A DNA stretch of 64,000 nt. Origin: Caecitellus pseudoparvulus (taxonomy: Eukaryota > Protista > Bigyra: Bicosoecida). Positions 36,601 through 46,404 of the stretch are shown piece by piece. The notes under the pieces were generated by a model, which had not been told where the DNA came from, made no database searches, and worked only from the letters and a program-made list of their open reading frames with translations. The position numbers and the translations under genes were made by a program. Position 1 is the first letter of the stretch. Every line of letters starts with the position of its first letter. The stretch lies in assembly GCA_965644315.1 (NCBI GenBank), contig CBFFRQ010000053.1, positions 558,001-622,000 of the forward strand, given 5' to 3'.

Positions 36601-39600
36601 CATCCGCTCTGCACCGGGCGCTGCATGCGCAGGGCTTGCTGGTGGGCCACGGTCAAGGGGCACTCAAATCCCATGGTGTCATCTGGGCCAGCATACACCT
36701 CATCAAACCAAGCAGTGCCTGGACTGAACACGTACAAGCCCAGGCGAGTGACGCTGCTGCCGTTGAAGGGCATGTCCAGGGCCACCAACACGTCGTCAAG
36801 CCGAACACGGTACGTTTGATTGGCCCAATTCAAGAGAATGTCCACTTTGTACCACCTGTTGCTCTCAGCATACCGTTCCATGACACTGCGTGGGTCATCC
36901 GGGTGCAGCAACATGCCCGGGGTGTGGCGGTAGTTTGCGTCATGGCGCCAGTGTCCGTTGACAACGCCAACCCCCACCATTCCTTCAGCATCAGCCCCAG
37001 GCATCTTGTTGGCATGCCCTTGAGCTATCGAGGCATTGATAACTGCATGGGTAGATGGTGTCGATGCGTTCGGGGCAGAGTCGTCGTGAAGGACAATGTG
37101 CACACCCCAGTCGGCTGCAGCAAGGCCTGTGGATGCAGAGCTGAATCGAGTGTACACAGTGACCCGCTCAGGTTTACTTGGTGCAGTTGCTTGGATGGGT
37201 AGGACTGCCGGTGACGGCGCAAGGCCCTCCCACCGCGGCATTACGGGAGTCCCTGTTCCGTTGACAGCCAGCGAGAAGGTGGGACCATTGTGCGCGTAGG
37301 GGGCTGGAACTGGCACGGTGGAGTCCGAGAGGGCAGCTTCGTCGACGACAACTCGCAAACATCGGTCTGTGTCTTCAGCGCCACCAACGCTCTCGTCCAC
37401 GGAGAAGCGCGCCCCCCCGCTGGATCTCACGTGCACTGCGCCGTCTTGACCGCGAGCAATGGATGCTGTCCGCTCCACTCCATTGAAGTACAGCCCGTGG
37501 AAGCTTCCCTCCTGTGCATGGCTTGCGTTTGTAGACGTCTCAGCTTCATCTAGTCCACCGATGCCGCCGTTCACCTGCACAGTGGCTGTGGGCAGCTGTG
37601 TGTAGGACTGGCTGTGCACGACAATGCGCCCGCCCCCGCCCCCACCGCCGCCTCTCGAACCAAGACCGTACCCCAACCCCCCTGAACCGCCGTTTGCGGA
37701 GAGGACCCCACGGACTTCGACAGCACCCCCAGCCAGGAGCACGATTGTACCGCCTGCTCCTCCGCCACCAGCGCGGTACCCATTCCCCCCGTCGGCACCG
37801 TCAACCCGAATGGAAGCGCTGGGTCCAAGGACAATGTCGTTGGCGGCAGCCAGGTGCAGTGCGCCCCCCCCAGAGCCCCCATAGCCAACGAGGAGCTCGT
37901 CTGAGGTGAGGTATGGCAAAGCTTGCTGAGGGATTTCACCACCCATTGAGCCGCCGCTGCCCCCCTGCAGATGCAAGACGCTGTGGCTAGGCATGGCAGG
38001 CTCGGGGTCGTGCACTGCGTGGCCCATCCCTCCCCGCCCTTCCGCAGACGCGCCGGCGCCCCCAAAGGCCAGTGACAGGGGGCTCTGTTCCATGAACGGA
38101 TGTGGGCTCATGCCAGTCGGGACGTCGGGCATGTGCCCGTGCACCACTGCCGCAAACGCACTGATGCCAAGCAGCCCCGTTGCGTTGGCTGAAACGGGCT
38201 CTGGCGGGAGATACTCGCCCCTGCTGCCTTCGGCGGCGCTGGTGTAGACAAAGTTTCCCTCCTCTGTGGCTAGTGTGATCGTGTATGTCACGCCCCAGGC
38301 AGGGCCAGGCCCGCCGATTATGCACAGCCCATGCCTGCATAGCTGGCCCCGCCTGGCGAGCGAGTTGGTGCGGACTACGTGTGCAGACACAAGTCCCACG
38401 GGAATCCATGCTGCCAGCAGTGAGTCTTGGAGTTCCTGGGCTGTTGAGGTGGCAGGCAAGGGAGGGGTGTCTGCCCCTCTCCAGCTCATCGTGAACGTGC
38501 CGTCCACTTGGTTGCCCTGCACGAGAGTTGTGACCTGCACCCGGGACTGTACACCTTGCACTGCCGAAAAGTCCACCGCAAGCTGCGGGACGTTCCCTGG
38601 CGCTGTCAGGAAAGTCACGTTCCATGAAAAGCCGACTGCCGTGTTGCCTGGCGTTCGCGTTACCGAGAGCAGCCCCGCCGAGGGCAGCCCAGACTGCAGT
38701 CGCTCCCGCAGCTGACCTGCAGTGGCATTGACAGGAATGGGGTGGCTCCACACCCCGTACAGACCAAGCAAGAAGTACCCTCGCAGTGTTTGCCCGGGAG
38801 CAGTTGTGATGGAGACCTCTTGCACCTCGTCCACATTCGCAGCCCCGACGCTCAGCGTCTCCAACATGATTCGCAAGTTGCCACTGCCAGGCCCGTTGGT
38901 GTTTGCGCCAGGCCCGCTGCCCGTCACACTGGTCGCTCCGGAGAACCCCCCCACACTGCCGGGTTCAACGTGGCATGGCGTGTCCAGGACGAGGCTGCTT
39001 TTGGATGAGATCGCCAGCGGCCTGCCCCCGCGCAGCATGACCACCACTTCGGATCCGATGAAGACGCTGTCGAAGTTAAACCTGGCAATGGTCGTGCCAT
39101 TGGCAAGTGTGCCCACTGTGCCGCTCAGTGTGCTGCCGTTAGCGGCCGGGCTGGGGGTGTACGCTCCCCGGGACAGACCAGTGGCGGGGGAATCCAGCCG
39201 CTGCATGCGCACGGCGTCAGTGTCTATCACCAGCATCGTAGGATGGTCCAAGAAGAGGGCGCCCAGGGACGGAGTGGCAAACGGATCAAAGGGCACATCA
39301 GGCTGCAGGGCAGTCCGCCTGGCTGAGTGGGCTGCGTCCAGAGCCCACCCTGCTGTGCCGGCACGCCAGTCCTCGAAGCTGGCAAACAGCGCTGCGGGAG
39401 CCCTCTCTCCTCCCCAGAACACTCGCTTGGAAAAGGCAAAGTCTGCAGTGCTGGTGTTATACTCAACCTCTGCCATGTTGCACCTGTGTGTTGCTTGGCA
39501 TTTCCTGTAGGACCCGCTTGCAGGCTGCACAGGCGCTGTGTAGGCGAAACGTGCTGCAAGTGCTCCGCCAGTGCCGCCTGCCTGCCCACCCAGGCACAGC

Positions 39601-39635
39601 CAAGCAACAAGGGCCGTCCACGCAAGGCCTTTCAT
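33636..39635 (-). CDS. Large secreted multidomain protein (1999 aa): signal peptide, EVQ-type repeat, Gly-rich repeat, beta-sandwich, interrupted GH43-like region
   Basis: Single ORF with hydrophobic N-terminus MKGLAWTALVAWLCLGG. GH43_24-like segments WFWYGEH, STNDMQEWRNEG, ERPKVLFN..WVMWMHVD, AGVATATSPGGPF, DMTL; many N-x-S/T sites. Confidence 0.8.
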   Translation of the reverse strand: MKGLAWTALVAWLCLGGQAGGTGGALAARFAYTAPVQPASGSYRKCQATHRCNMAEVEYNTSTADFAFSKRVFWGGERAPAALFASFEDWRAGTAGWALDAAHSARRTALQPDVPFDPFATPSLGALFLDHPTMLVIDTDAVRMQRLDSPATGLSRGAYTPSPAANGSTLSGTVGTLANGTTIARFNFDSVFIGSEVVVMLRGGRPLAISSKSSLVLDTPCHVEPGSVGGFSGATSVTGSGPGANTNGPGSGNLRIMLETLSVGAANVDEVQEVSITTAPGQTLRGYFLLGLYGVWSHPIPVNATAGQLRERLQSGLPSAGLLSVTRTPGNTAVGFSWNVTFLTAPGNVPQLAVDFSAVQGVQSRVQVTTLVQGNQVDGTFTMSWRGADTPPLPATSTAQELQDSLLAAWIPVGLVSAHVVRTNSLARRGQLCRHGLCIIGGPGPAWGVTYTITLATEEGNFVYTSAAEGSRGEYLPPEPVSANATGLLGISAFAAVVHGHMPDVPTGMSPHPFMEQSPLSLAFGGAGASAEGRGGMGHAVHDPEPAMPSHSVLHLQGGSGGSMGGEIPQQALPYLTSDELLVGYGGSGGGALHLAAANDIVLGPSASIRVDGADGGNGYRAGGGGAGGTIVLLAGGAVEVRGVLSANGGSGGLGYGLGSRGGGGGGGGRIVVHSQSYTQLPTATVQVNGGIGGLDEAETSTNASHAQEGSFHGLYFNGVERTASIARGQDGAVHVRSSGGARFSVDESVGGAEDTDRCLRVVVDEAALSDSTVPVPAPYAHNGPTFSLAVNGTGTPVMPRWEGLAPSPAVLPIQATAPSKPERVTVYTRFSSASTGLAAADWGVHIVLHDDSAPNASTPSTHAVINASIAQGHANKMPGADAEGMVGVGVVNGHWRHDANYRHTPGMLLHPDDPRSVMERYAESNRWYKVDILLNWANQTYRVRLDDVLVALDMPFNGSSVTRLGLYVFSPGTAWFDEVYAGPDDTMGFECPLTVAHQQALRMQRPVQSGWRSEDLGPLSSLDNETRHENHVSRRERYDNAFNGGLVLGDGSAHTWFASDVLRVEEAGDRPGSAGGVSMGALTFVPGDTVSGAMKSVSMTTSATGAWTAGTGAGLGDSTLGDVFGHGARQPQDGTWQPDASHDGYGRQWGGKTGRWFWYGEHDNVAVDPYFSGAPLHMLGGIGACSTNDMQEWRNEGIVMHYINITDDVYGWGQPVDHVKSGVHDVYQDVDKARLAYDNALDPFWERSMAHGLEPYSPAALRSEQGVIWEPVLRMVRAVDGVVYNESAFRNSTVTCTGTTQTHAQPRLEDPEVAALCGDDDAWWNSTHDIPDLCYFSLGFNHTTLGLPPGEMEQETAQGDVLVRNTKYRVSSAWLESENGTREYIGTNRSFILREFLVSGGDILVGGNVTINTPQRDFSPQEQRLRPADFSYSGGRRLHLECPRVKRFAYRAERPKVLFNNATNEWVMWMHVDDTYQARRLAGVATATSPGGPFVFRHSLLPDGNETVDMTLLQGDFGSQPAMLARTYYATTAYLLPLAIMQPVWDSVKDAEGMVDFRVNFQRAVYEMGYDNPDDIYLQRWRMEDVEWRVEAGDWVETFSYENNTFRLQHSGNGRVLFYPPSQRDLALAQAIPDPAVLFSISGQAQKLVLSRFVNPDDPKNSYWSPESVPAVKAQPWTQNYEDKNIVDNPVIPTVADLLIGPHRKVQYRRAKYVSISRLTPDFYNTTGLLSTVEGSMLRSADLISVLGSAGRELFGWDAGEQAGSTFPADVTGQRPPFAFQREADFYDRHHQYNKQYNDRAQDFRNFRDRQTSPECPDLHHRAMAKHTECEDILNSGLQYVDSEPIRTAFDVLDNFARRGDVSTHAFFHAMETAPYEDCLAEHRNLLEQYQQCLRLQTPNLDDLPAWSPGQRDCVGGGGMCGPPAHEASGTGNEPGFVNTFTHSRQYGTLTNVYGDGGLPFNTRPASRDHVYSRPPDTGRFNPPAQEFGAYNRSVTWA

Positions 39636-40179
39636 ACTTTATCACGCGAAAGCTGCCCGAAGTGCCGCGGTGGGCCACGCTGAACGTGCTCTGTCGCGGA
39701 GCTGGGGCTGCTTGCCGCGTTTCACGCACTTGATCAAGCTGTGACTTGTGTGTGGGTGTTGTGGGGCCGGCTACCGGGCTAGGCCTTGCGCCCCTCATAG
39801 GTGCCGCAGGACAATCTGAAGTCTACTTGTGTGTGATTTGGTGTGGTGTTGGTGAAGCCCATGGAGGGGATCGGGCACAGGCATGTGCAGGCGCAGGTGC
39901 GGGGGGCGTGACGCTGGTGAGCTACGCCAGCAGTGGCAGTCGGTAGAGCAGAGCACATTTGAGCCCTCTTCACACACACGCTGCGTACATTTCTTTGCAA
40001 GAACGCAAGTCAGTGACTGCCAGTCGGCTTAAACCGTTGCTGATAGTTCATCTTCCTCAACGTGAGTTCGCCTGCTGGCGCCTGGCCATGGGCGGCGGAA
40101 CTAGGAACTGCCCCATGCTCGGCACCTCGCCCTAGTCGGCCCTGTACCGGCCCCCCCCCCGCGCTACTTGTGCAGAATC

Positions 40180-40768
40180 ATGAAGCACATCGCCGCTTAC
40201 CTGCTGCTGGTCGTTGGTGGCAACGCCGCCCCTTCCGCTGATGACGTCAAGGGCGTGCTGTCCTCTGTTGGCATCGAGGCCGATGCTGATGCTCTGACCC
40301 GCCTGGTCGGCGCCCTGGAGGGCAAGGTGCGTGCCTCCCCTGCGTGTCCCGAGGTCTTGTCTATGGTTTGCTGTTGTGTGGGCATGGACCCAGTCTGATG
40401 GCGTTGCGCTGCTCAGCAGTGCCGTGTGCGGGCTGTTCTTGTCCGGCGTGGCAGTGCCTGGAGCCGCAGAAAACCAAGGCAACACCCGCGCCCCGTGGCC
40501 TTTCTGGCGCTGCGCGCACGCTCAAATCGCGTGGAACTCCTTTTCATGTGCATTGTTTCTCACTGCGCAGACCGTCGAGGAGCTGAGCGAGATCATCGAG
40601 GCTGGCAAGGAGAAGCTGGTGAACATCGGCGGTGGCGCTGCCGTGGCTGCTGCCCCTGCCGGCGAGGCCGCTGCCGCCGTTGAGGAAGAGGAGGAGGAGG
40701 AGGAGGAAGAGGAGGAGGATGTTGGCGGAGCCGGCGACCTGTTCGGCGACTCCGACTCTGACTTCTAA
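40180..40768 (+). CDS. RPLP2: 60S acidic ribosomal protein P2; 2 coding exons
   Basis: MKHIAAYLLLVVGGNAAPSADDVKGVLSSVGIEAD..LEGK, intron 40327-40570, then TVEELSEIIEAGKEKL, Ala hinge and poly-Glu tail. Confidence 0.95.
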
Positions 40769-41048
40769 GTCAGCGTCTCCCGCTTCCCCTGCCGTGGGTG
40801 CTACCCGAGGTGGCCCTTCCTGGAGCACTTCAATGCACACCTCCTGGCTCAGCACGCTGCATGCTTGTGCGTCGTACTTGTGTGGGGCCGCCGCAGGCAC
40901 CACTGTCTTTGCCCAGGCACGTGGAGTGCAGGGCCACTGCGGCTTTTGCAGGGGGCAGTGGAGAAAGTGGATTGCAGAGGGAGGGGGGCACACGCCGGCA
41001 CAGGCCCGCCAAGGGCCTGGCAGACGTTGAAACCCCAAAGAGGTGACC

Positions 41049-44000
41049 TTATGAAGCACCTGTCTTGGCTTTGCGAGCCTTGGCCCTGGCCCGGGCTGTT
41101 TGAGAGAGAGAAGGGGGCAGCATGCCTGGCGCTGAGGCAGCCGAGGCCTGCGCCGCCGTCGCCGTTGCTTGAGGAGCTGTCTTGCCCTTGCCCCTGCCCC
41201 TGCCCTTGCCCCTGCCCCGGCTCTTACCCTTGCCTTTGCCCTGCTCAGAGGCTTTGTCCTCCGCGACAAGCGGGGACACAGGCGGCAGGGCTTGGGTGTG
41301 AGCGAGGCGGGGGAGGCCTGCACGCCTGTTGCCCATTGTCTTGGCGGCAGCCGCCGCGGCCGCTGCGGCGGCCTGGGCAGCTCCCCGAGCAGGCGGCACC
41401 TTCGCTTCATCAGCTGCTGCCGGCGCCTCCTCCACGACGGCGATGCCTCCCGCCGTGTCTGGGGTGGTGGGCAGGCTGCCTAACACGACAGCCAAGACCG
41501 GGCGAGGCGCTTCCTTGGGCGCATCTGTGTTCCGTTCCCCGAACACTGCCCGCACCAGCGGCAACATGCGAGCCTGCAGCGCCCTTGGCAGCACCGCGCT
41601 GTCCTCTGCCAGCACTTGCCCCGCCGAGGTGGCCCCGCTGCGGCTGCCATCCCCAAGCCCCACAGCCGTGGCCTGCAGGGCAGCTGACATGGCTGCCAGC
41701 GGCCCCGTGCCGCCACCCGCCACGTGGACAAGGGTGGCGTACGTCGCCGCCATCTCGGCGCGCATGCGGTGGTGCACTGCCGGCTTGACGACATGCGCCA
41801 CATTGTACGTCGTCTCGAGCGGGTCCTCCACCGCAAGGGTGGGCTTGGGGCTCCAGCCCTCCATGGACACCTTCCACGCCTTGAGTGGCTCGCAGGCGGT
41901 GGCTGCTGTGACTGCATGCTGCAGGGGCGGCGCGGCAGGGTCAGCCGCCCACCGCACGCCGAAGCGCGTGGCAGCTGCCACCACGGGCAAGGGCATGCTG
42001 GGGGCGGGGGTCTGCTGCCTGCGCCCACGGGCGTGACCACCGCCGCCTCGGCGGCCCTTGCCCCCCTCATGAGCGGCTTGTTGCCCTAGCAGCGCCGACA
42101 CCGCAGAGGGGATGGCTGACGCGACGTCCAGGGGGGGCGTCGGGCGAGCGGACACGACCGCCCTGCGGGAGTCTGCCTGGAAGGCGTAGAACCACAGGAA
42201 CTCCAGGAGCAAGCGCCCTGGGCTGGGGGATGTCTCGGCGCCTTGGGCAGCCACTTTGCTGTGCTGGGCATCCCGCGCCTCTGCGAACGCAGCGGACCCC
42301 GGCTCGGCAAAGTACGTGTCGCAGGGCACACCCTCCGGGTTGCGCATGTACTGCCGCCAGTCCGCGGCGGGGGGGCACACGACATCAGCAGGCGCCGGGG
42401 GAGGCTGGGGTGCAGAGCCATACGCGACATGGGCAGCGCCGGGGCGCCCCGATGACACGCGCCCAGCCGGATCCAGGGGCACTTCTCTGACGGTGGTCAA
42501 GGTGCCGCCCCACCGGGTCCAGTCTTCCCAGTTCCAGTGCAGGCCGATGTCAGCCTTCGCAATGCCACCCGTGGCGCCAGTGCCAGAGCCTGCCGGGGGC
42601 AGGGCCTGCAGGCAGGGCAGCAACGCCCCGCCCCGAAGCGCACCGGCCGACGGTAGGGGTGCAGACGGCCCCGACGCGGCACGGCGCTGCAGGAAGGAGA
42701 GCAGGCACAGCAGCCAGGCGTAGGAGGAGGGGGAGCCGGCGACGGGGGAGTTCAGGTCCTTGGCCTTCGCCCAGTGCTTGATGGCCATGCCCAGCGCGCG
42801 GACGTTGACGGGGTCCAGCTCTGCGTACGCCCGCAGCAGGGCGGTGTTGCGCACAGCCAGGGAATTGTTCACTCCCACGTCCACCTGCAGCCCCGTGGTG
42901 GGGTCGGTGAACATCATGATGGGCACGCGGGCCGTGGCGCGGCTGGAGATGTCGGTCATGCCACCCTCAGCCAGCAGCTCTTGAGCCTCGTTCATGAGGT
43001 CCACCACCTCCCACGGGTCCGCCTCGCCCTCGTCCAGACACACCACCTCCATGGCCAGGTCCACGTCGGACCCAGCGCTGCCGAAAGAGTTGGCTGACGA
43101 GCCAAACACTTTGCAGGTCAGCGTGTACTCCCCCGATGCCACGCGCACCAGGTCCTGCAGCAAGTCCTGGACCCGCTGGGCCAGCTCCTCCCGCTCGCGC
43201 TGGAAGTCGGCAGACGGGAACAGGTGGGGGGCCACACTCAGCACCAGTGCGTCAGCAGCCTGGATGACGGAGGCAGGCAGGGACGCCGGCGGCGTCAGGG
43301 CCGCCGTCACCTCTGCCGCCGTCATGGAGGGCAGGGCATCTGCCCCGCCCTCGGCCGGCTTGGTGGCAGCCTGCACGTGCTGCACAGCAGCGGTGACTGC
43401 GCTCCGCACTCGAGGGTGCCACTCCCCTGCTGCGCTGGTGCCGTCCACGGGGTGGGCCGTGTGCACATCTTCGGCGCCGGCCCCCGGGTGCTCTGACGGC
43501 AGCGCCAGCAGCGTGTCTGTGAACGGGCACACCATGGCGCGCCAGCTGAGCAGGGCACGCTGCTGCATCGGTGCGAGGCTGCCCAGCAGGGGCATGTTGC
43601 CGATGACGTCATCCAAGCACGCGACGAAGGTGGCGGACGCTGACAGGCTGTCCCGGTTCAGCCACAGGGTGGGCGTGAACATGGCACCCAAGGGAGCAGG
43701 TGTGGGCCCTGCCTGCTCGGGAGCAGCACCGGAGGGTGGTGCCTCGCCGCCGCTTGCCGTGACGGAAGCCTGGCTGCTGTCCTGCCCCGACGCGGCGTCA
43801 TCCAGGCCCAGTGCCGAGTCATCCAGGACGCCCAGGGCGGCGCCGAGGGCAGTTTCGCCGTCGCTGTCATCCCCACCACCCACAGCCTCAGCCGGGCCTG
43901 ACGCAGGGGTGGACCCGCCATCCTGCTCCGCGGCCCGCTTGCGTGCTGCTGCCAGCCCCTCAGTCACCAGGCGCTCCAGGGCAGCCACTTGGGAGTACAG

Positions 44001-46160
44001 GCTGCGCTGCAGCGTCACCAGCTCTGCAGCCAGGGCCAGGGCGTCAAACACGGCTGTGCCGCGGGTGGGCGGCGTCAGGGTCTGGTGCAGCAAACTCTGC
44101 AAATTCAGCAGGGAGCTGCCAGCTGCGGCGCCCAGCTTCCGGGACAGGACGGGGATGGTGAGGCCGAACACGCGGCGGGCAGGCATGCCCTCCACCGCGT
44201 CTTCCGCCTCTTCCACGTTGACGCCGCCGCCCTCCGTGGCCCCCGCCTCGGCACCTTCCTGCCCTGCACGCCGCACGGCCGCTGCGATGGCGGCGGTGTC
44301 CAGGCGCCCGAGCTGCTGGGCAGGCCCCAGTCCATGCGTGCGCAGCGCATCCAGCGCCTCTGCGTGGCAGCGCCTCGCCTCCTCCAGCTGCTTGCAGGTG
44401 AAGGCGAGGGCGCCCAGCAGCGCCTCGCCCTGCACCAGCACCCGCAGCACTGTGGAGTGCCCGACGTCCGGCGGCAGCTCCTCCTGCCACGCTTCAAATT
44501 CATCATCGATGTCCAGCTCGGCGGACCGCTGCCCCGCTGCACCGTGCGGCTGGGCCTTGTCGAACTCCTCCCCGTCGAAGCCCCGGAAGACAAACACACC
44601 ATTGCCGCGTGGCGCCTTGAACTTCAAAAAGCGCGTGTACGAGCCGCCACCTGCCGGCGGCGCCCGCAAGTCTGTGCCCAGGGACTTGAGCACGACGTAC
44701 TTTCGCGTGGCCGCTTCCTTCGCGACTTGATCCAGGGGTACCGCGCCGGGGCGGTGCAGGGCCAACACAGACGCAGCTTGCCCCAAGCGGTACAAGCCCA
44801 CGGCATCCACGCCTGAGCGGGGTGCTGTGGCTGTGATGTACACTGTCACCTGCGCCTCAGCCGCACAGAAGCCATGGGCGACGCTCAGGTCCAGCGCAGC
44901 GGGGTGCGGGTATGCCGCCACGCAGTACTTGGGCTGCAGCACTTGAGGCCCCGTGGGCACCAGGCGCACCTGTCCGTCCCCACGACGTTTTGCTGGTTCC
45001 AAGGCCTGTTTGGGGGCGTCTTGAGGCGGCAGGTCGTACTCACCCCCGTGCGTGCCCATTGCCCCCGACTCCACTGGATGCTGGTGCTGATGATCTGGGT
45101 ACCCCTGATGGTGGTGATGGTGGAAGTCGTGGGGGTGCGGCTGCTGCCCTTGGCTATGCGCCGGGAAGCCGTGCTGATGCATGGGCACCTGGAAGCCCTG
45201 CATGTGGCTGTGACCCCCCATGTGCATGCCCTGCATGTGTGCGTGTGGGAAGGCCGTCGGGGGCATGTGCTGGTGCTGGTGCACCTGGTGGGCCCATTGC
45301 CCAGCCACTGGCCCCATCTGCTGCGGCATGCGACCCCACCCAGCGGGGCCACCCTGCTGCATGGCGTGCTGTGGCAGATGCCCGTGTGGCGCCTGGCCTG
45401 GGAACGGGGGCCATGCCCCCTGAGCCTGGGGCGGGTATGTTGCCCACGCAGGTTGGGCCTGGGAGCCATGGGCGTACCCTTGGGGTGTGTGGTGCGCGTG
45501 GTGGGACACGGCGGGTCCCCATGCCGTGTGGGCGCCGCTGGGGGCGGCGTGACCCATGCCCATGCTGTGGGCGCGCTGCATGTACATCGCGTGCATGGTC
45601 TGGGCTGCCATGCGCTGTTGCTGCTCATCTCCTTGGTTTGGCCACGCTTGGTGCTGGTGCTTGGGCTGGGCAGGCTGCCAGTGGCTCGGCGGCGCTTCAG
45701 CAGGAGCAGCAGCAGTGTGGGGAGGTGGCTGCCAGCCTTGGGAGCTCGGGGGCTGGGCCGGGGACTCCTCAAATCCGGGAGGAGGGCGTCTGGCTACGGG
45801 GGAGCCAGGGGGTGCTTGTGTGCCGTCTTGCCAGTCAGCCTTGGTGGTCGCGCCGGGCGTGTTCTCCACGGCGTGTCCAGATGCGGAAATGGGCCATGTC
45901 TTGCCGATTGCAACGGGCGCTGCATCGGGCGCTGCAGACTCCTCGGGCCGGCTGTGCCCCGAGCCTGCTTGCAACATGGCGAGAAAAGCAGATCCTGGCT
46001 GCACCTGCCCCTGAGGGGCCTGGACTGCTGCTGAGGCGTGTTTAGTGGGGCGTGTGTCGTCGGCGTTTCGCTGTTGCTCGGCACCTTGCCACGCCATCGC
46101 TCCGTGGGCGTGAGCTTGCGCGCCTTGCTGCGATGCCCACTGGTTTCCTGGATGCGCCAT
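41049..46160 (-). CDS. Terminal nucleotidyltransferase, Cid1/URT1/TUT-like (probable uridylyltransferase)
   Basis: Pol-beta motif VFGSSANSFGSAGSDVDL (~43050-43110), ARVPIMMF..VDVGVNNSLAVRNTALLRAY, IKHWAKAKDLN..SSYAWLL, PAP-associated LAVEDPLETTYNVA. Q/H/P/G-rich N-terminus; ATG at 46160. Confidence 0.88.
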   Translation of the reverse strand: MAHPGNQWASQQGAQAHAHGAMAWQGAEQQRNADDTRPTKHASAAVQAPQGQVQPGSAFLAMLQAGSGHSRPEESAAPDAAPVAIGKTWPISASGHAVENTPGATTKADWQDGTQAPPGSPVARRPPPGFEESPAQPPSSQGWQPPPHTAAAPAEAPPSHWQPAQPKHQHQAWPNQGDEQQQRMAAQTMHAMYMQRAHSMGMGHAAPSGAHTAWGPAVSHHAHHTPQGYAHGSQAQPAWATYPPQAQGAWPPFPGQAPHGHLPQHAMQQGGPAGWGRMPQQMGPVAGQWAHQVHQHQHMPPTAFPHAHMQGMHMGGHSHMQGFQVPMHQHGFPAHSQGQQPHPHDFHHHHHQGYPDHQHQHPVESGAMGTHGGEYDLPPQDAPKQALEPAKRRGDGQVRLVPTGPQVLQPKYCVAAYPHPAALDLSVAHGFCAAEAQVTVYITATAPRSGVDAVGLYRLGQAASVLALHRPGAVPLDQVAKEAATRKYVVLKSLGTDLRAPPAGGGSYTRFLKFKAPRGNGVFVFRGFDGEEFDKAQPHGAAGQRSAELDIDDEFEAWQEELPPDVGHSTVLRVLVQGEALLGALAFTCKQLEEARRCHAEALDALRTHGLGPAQQLGRLDTAAIAAAVRRAGQEGAEAGATEGGGVNVEEAEDAVEGMPARRVFGLTIPVLSRKLGAAAGSSLLNLQSLLHQTLTPPTRGTAVFDALALAAELVTLQRSLYSQVAALERLVTEGLAAARKRAAEQDGGSTPASGPAEAVGGGDDSDGETALGAALGVLDDSALGLDDAASGQDSSQASVTASGGEAPPSGAAPEQAGPTPAPLGAMFTPTLWLNRDSLSASATFVACLDDVIGNMPLLGSLAPMQQRALLSWRAMVCPFTDTLLALPSEHPGAGAEDVHTAHPVDGTSAAGEWHPRVRSAVTAAVQHVQAATKPAEGGADALPSMTAAEVTAALTPPASLPASVIQAADALVLSVAPHLFPSADFQREREELAQRVQDLLQDLVRVASGEYTLTCKVFGSSANSFGSAGSDVDLAMEVVCLDEGEADPWEVVDLMNEAQELLAEGGMTDISSRATARVPIMMFTDPTTGLQVDVGVNNSLAVRNTALLRAYAELDPVNVRALGMAIKHWAKAKDLNSPVAGSPSSYAWLLCLLSFLQRRAASGPSAPLPSAGALRGGALLPCLQALPPAGSGTGATGGIAKADIGLHWNWEDWTRWGGTLTTVREVPLDPAGRVSSGRPGAAHVAYGSAPQPPPAPADVVCPPAADWRQYMRNPEGVPCDTYFAEPGSAAFAEARDAQHSKVAAQGAETSPSPGRLLLEFLWFYAFQADSRRAVVSARPTPPLDVASAIPSAVSALLGQQAAHEGGKGRRGGGGHARGRRQQTPAPSMPLPVVAAATRFGVRWAADPAAPPLQHAVTAATACEPLKAWKVSMEGWSPKPTLAVEDPLETTYNVAHVVKPAVHHRMRAEMAATYATLVHVAGGGTGPLAAMSAALQATAVGLGDGSRSGATSAGQVLAEDSAVLPRALQARMLPLVRAVFGERNTDAPKEAPRPVLAVVLGSLPTTPDTAGGIAVVEEAPAAADEAKVPPARGAAQAAAAAAAAAAKTMGNRRAGLPRLAHTQALPPVSPLVAEDKASEQGKGKGKSRGRGKGRGRGKGKTAPQATATAAQASAASAPGMLPPSLSQTARARAKARKAKTGAS

Positions 46161-46404
46161 GCTAGAAGCTGCGCTGAGTAGCAAGGGGGGCGCCTTGGGC
46201 CACGCTCTCCGCTTGCGCTGCCCTTGTCACGGACGCTTGTCCTAGCTGACGGACAGCAGGGTCTCGGCTTGCCGCAGGGGCCAGCAGAAGCTGGCGGGGC
46301 CTGCAGCAATGCTCAGGAAGCACACCTGGTGACAGGCAGGGGTGGAAAGGAAGTGCACCGCAGCGGAGAATGCCCGGAGGGCCAGCGGTAGACGGCGCGT
46401 GCAT

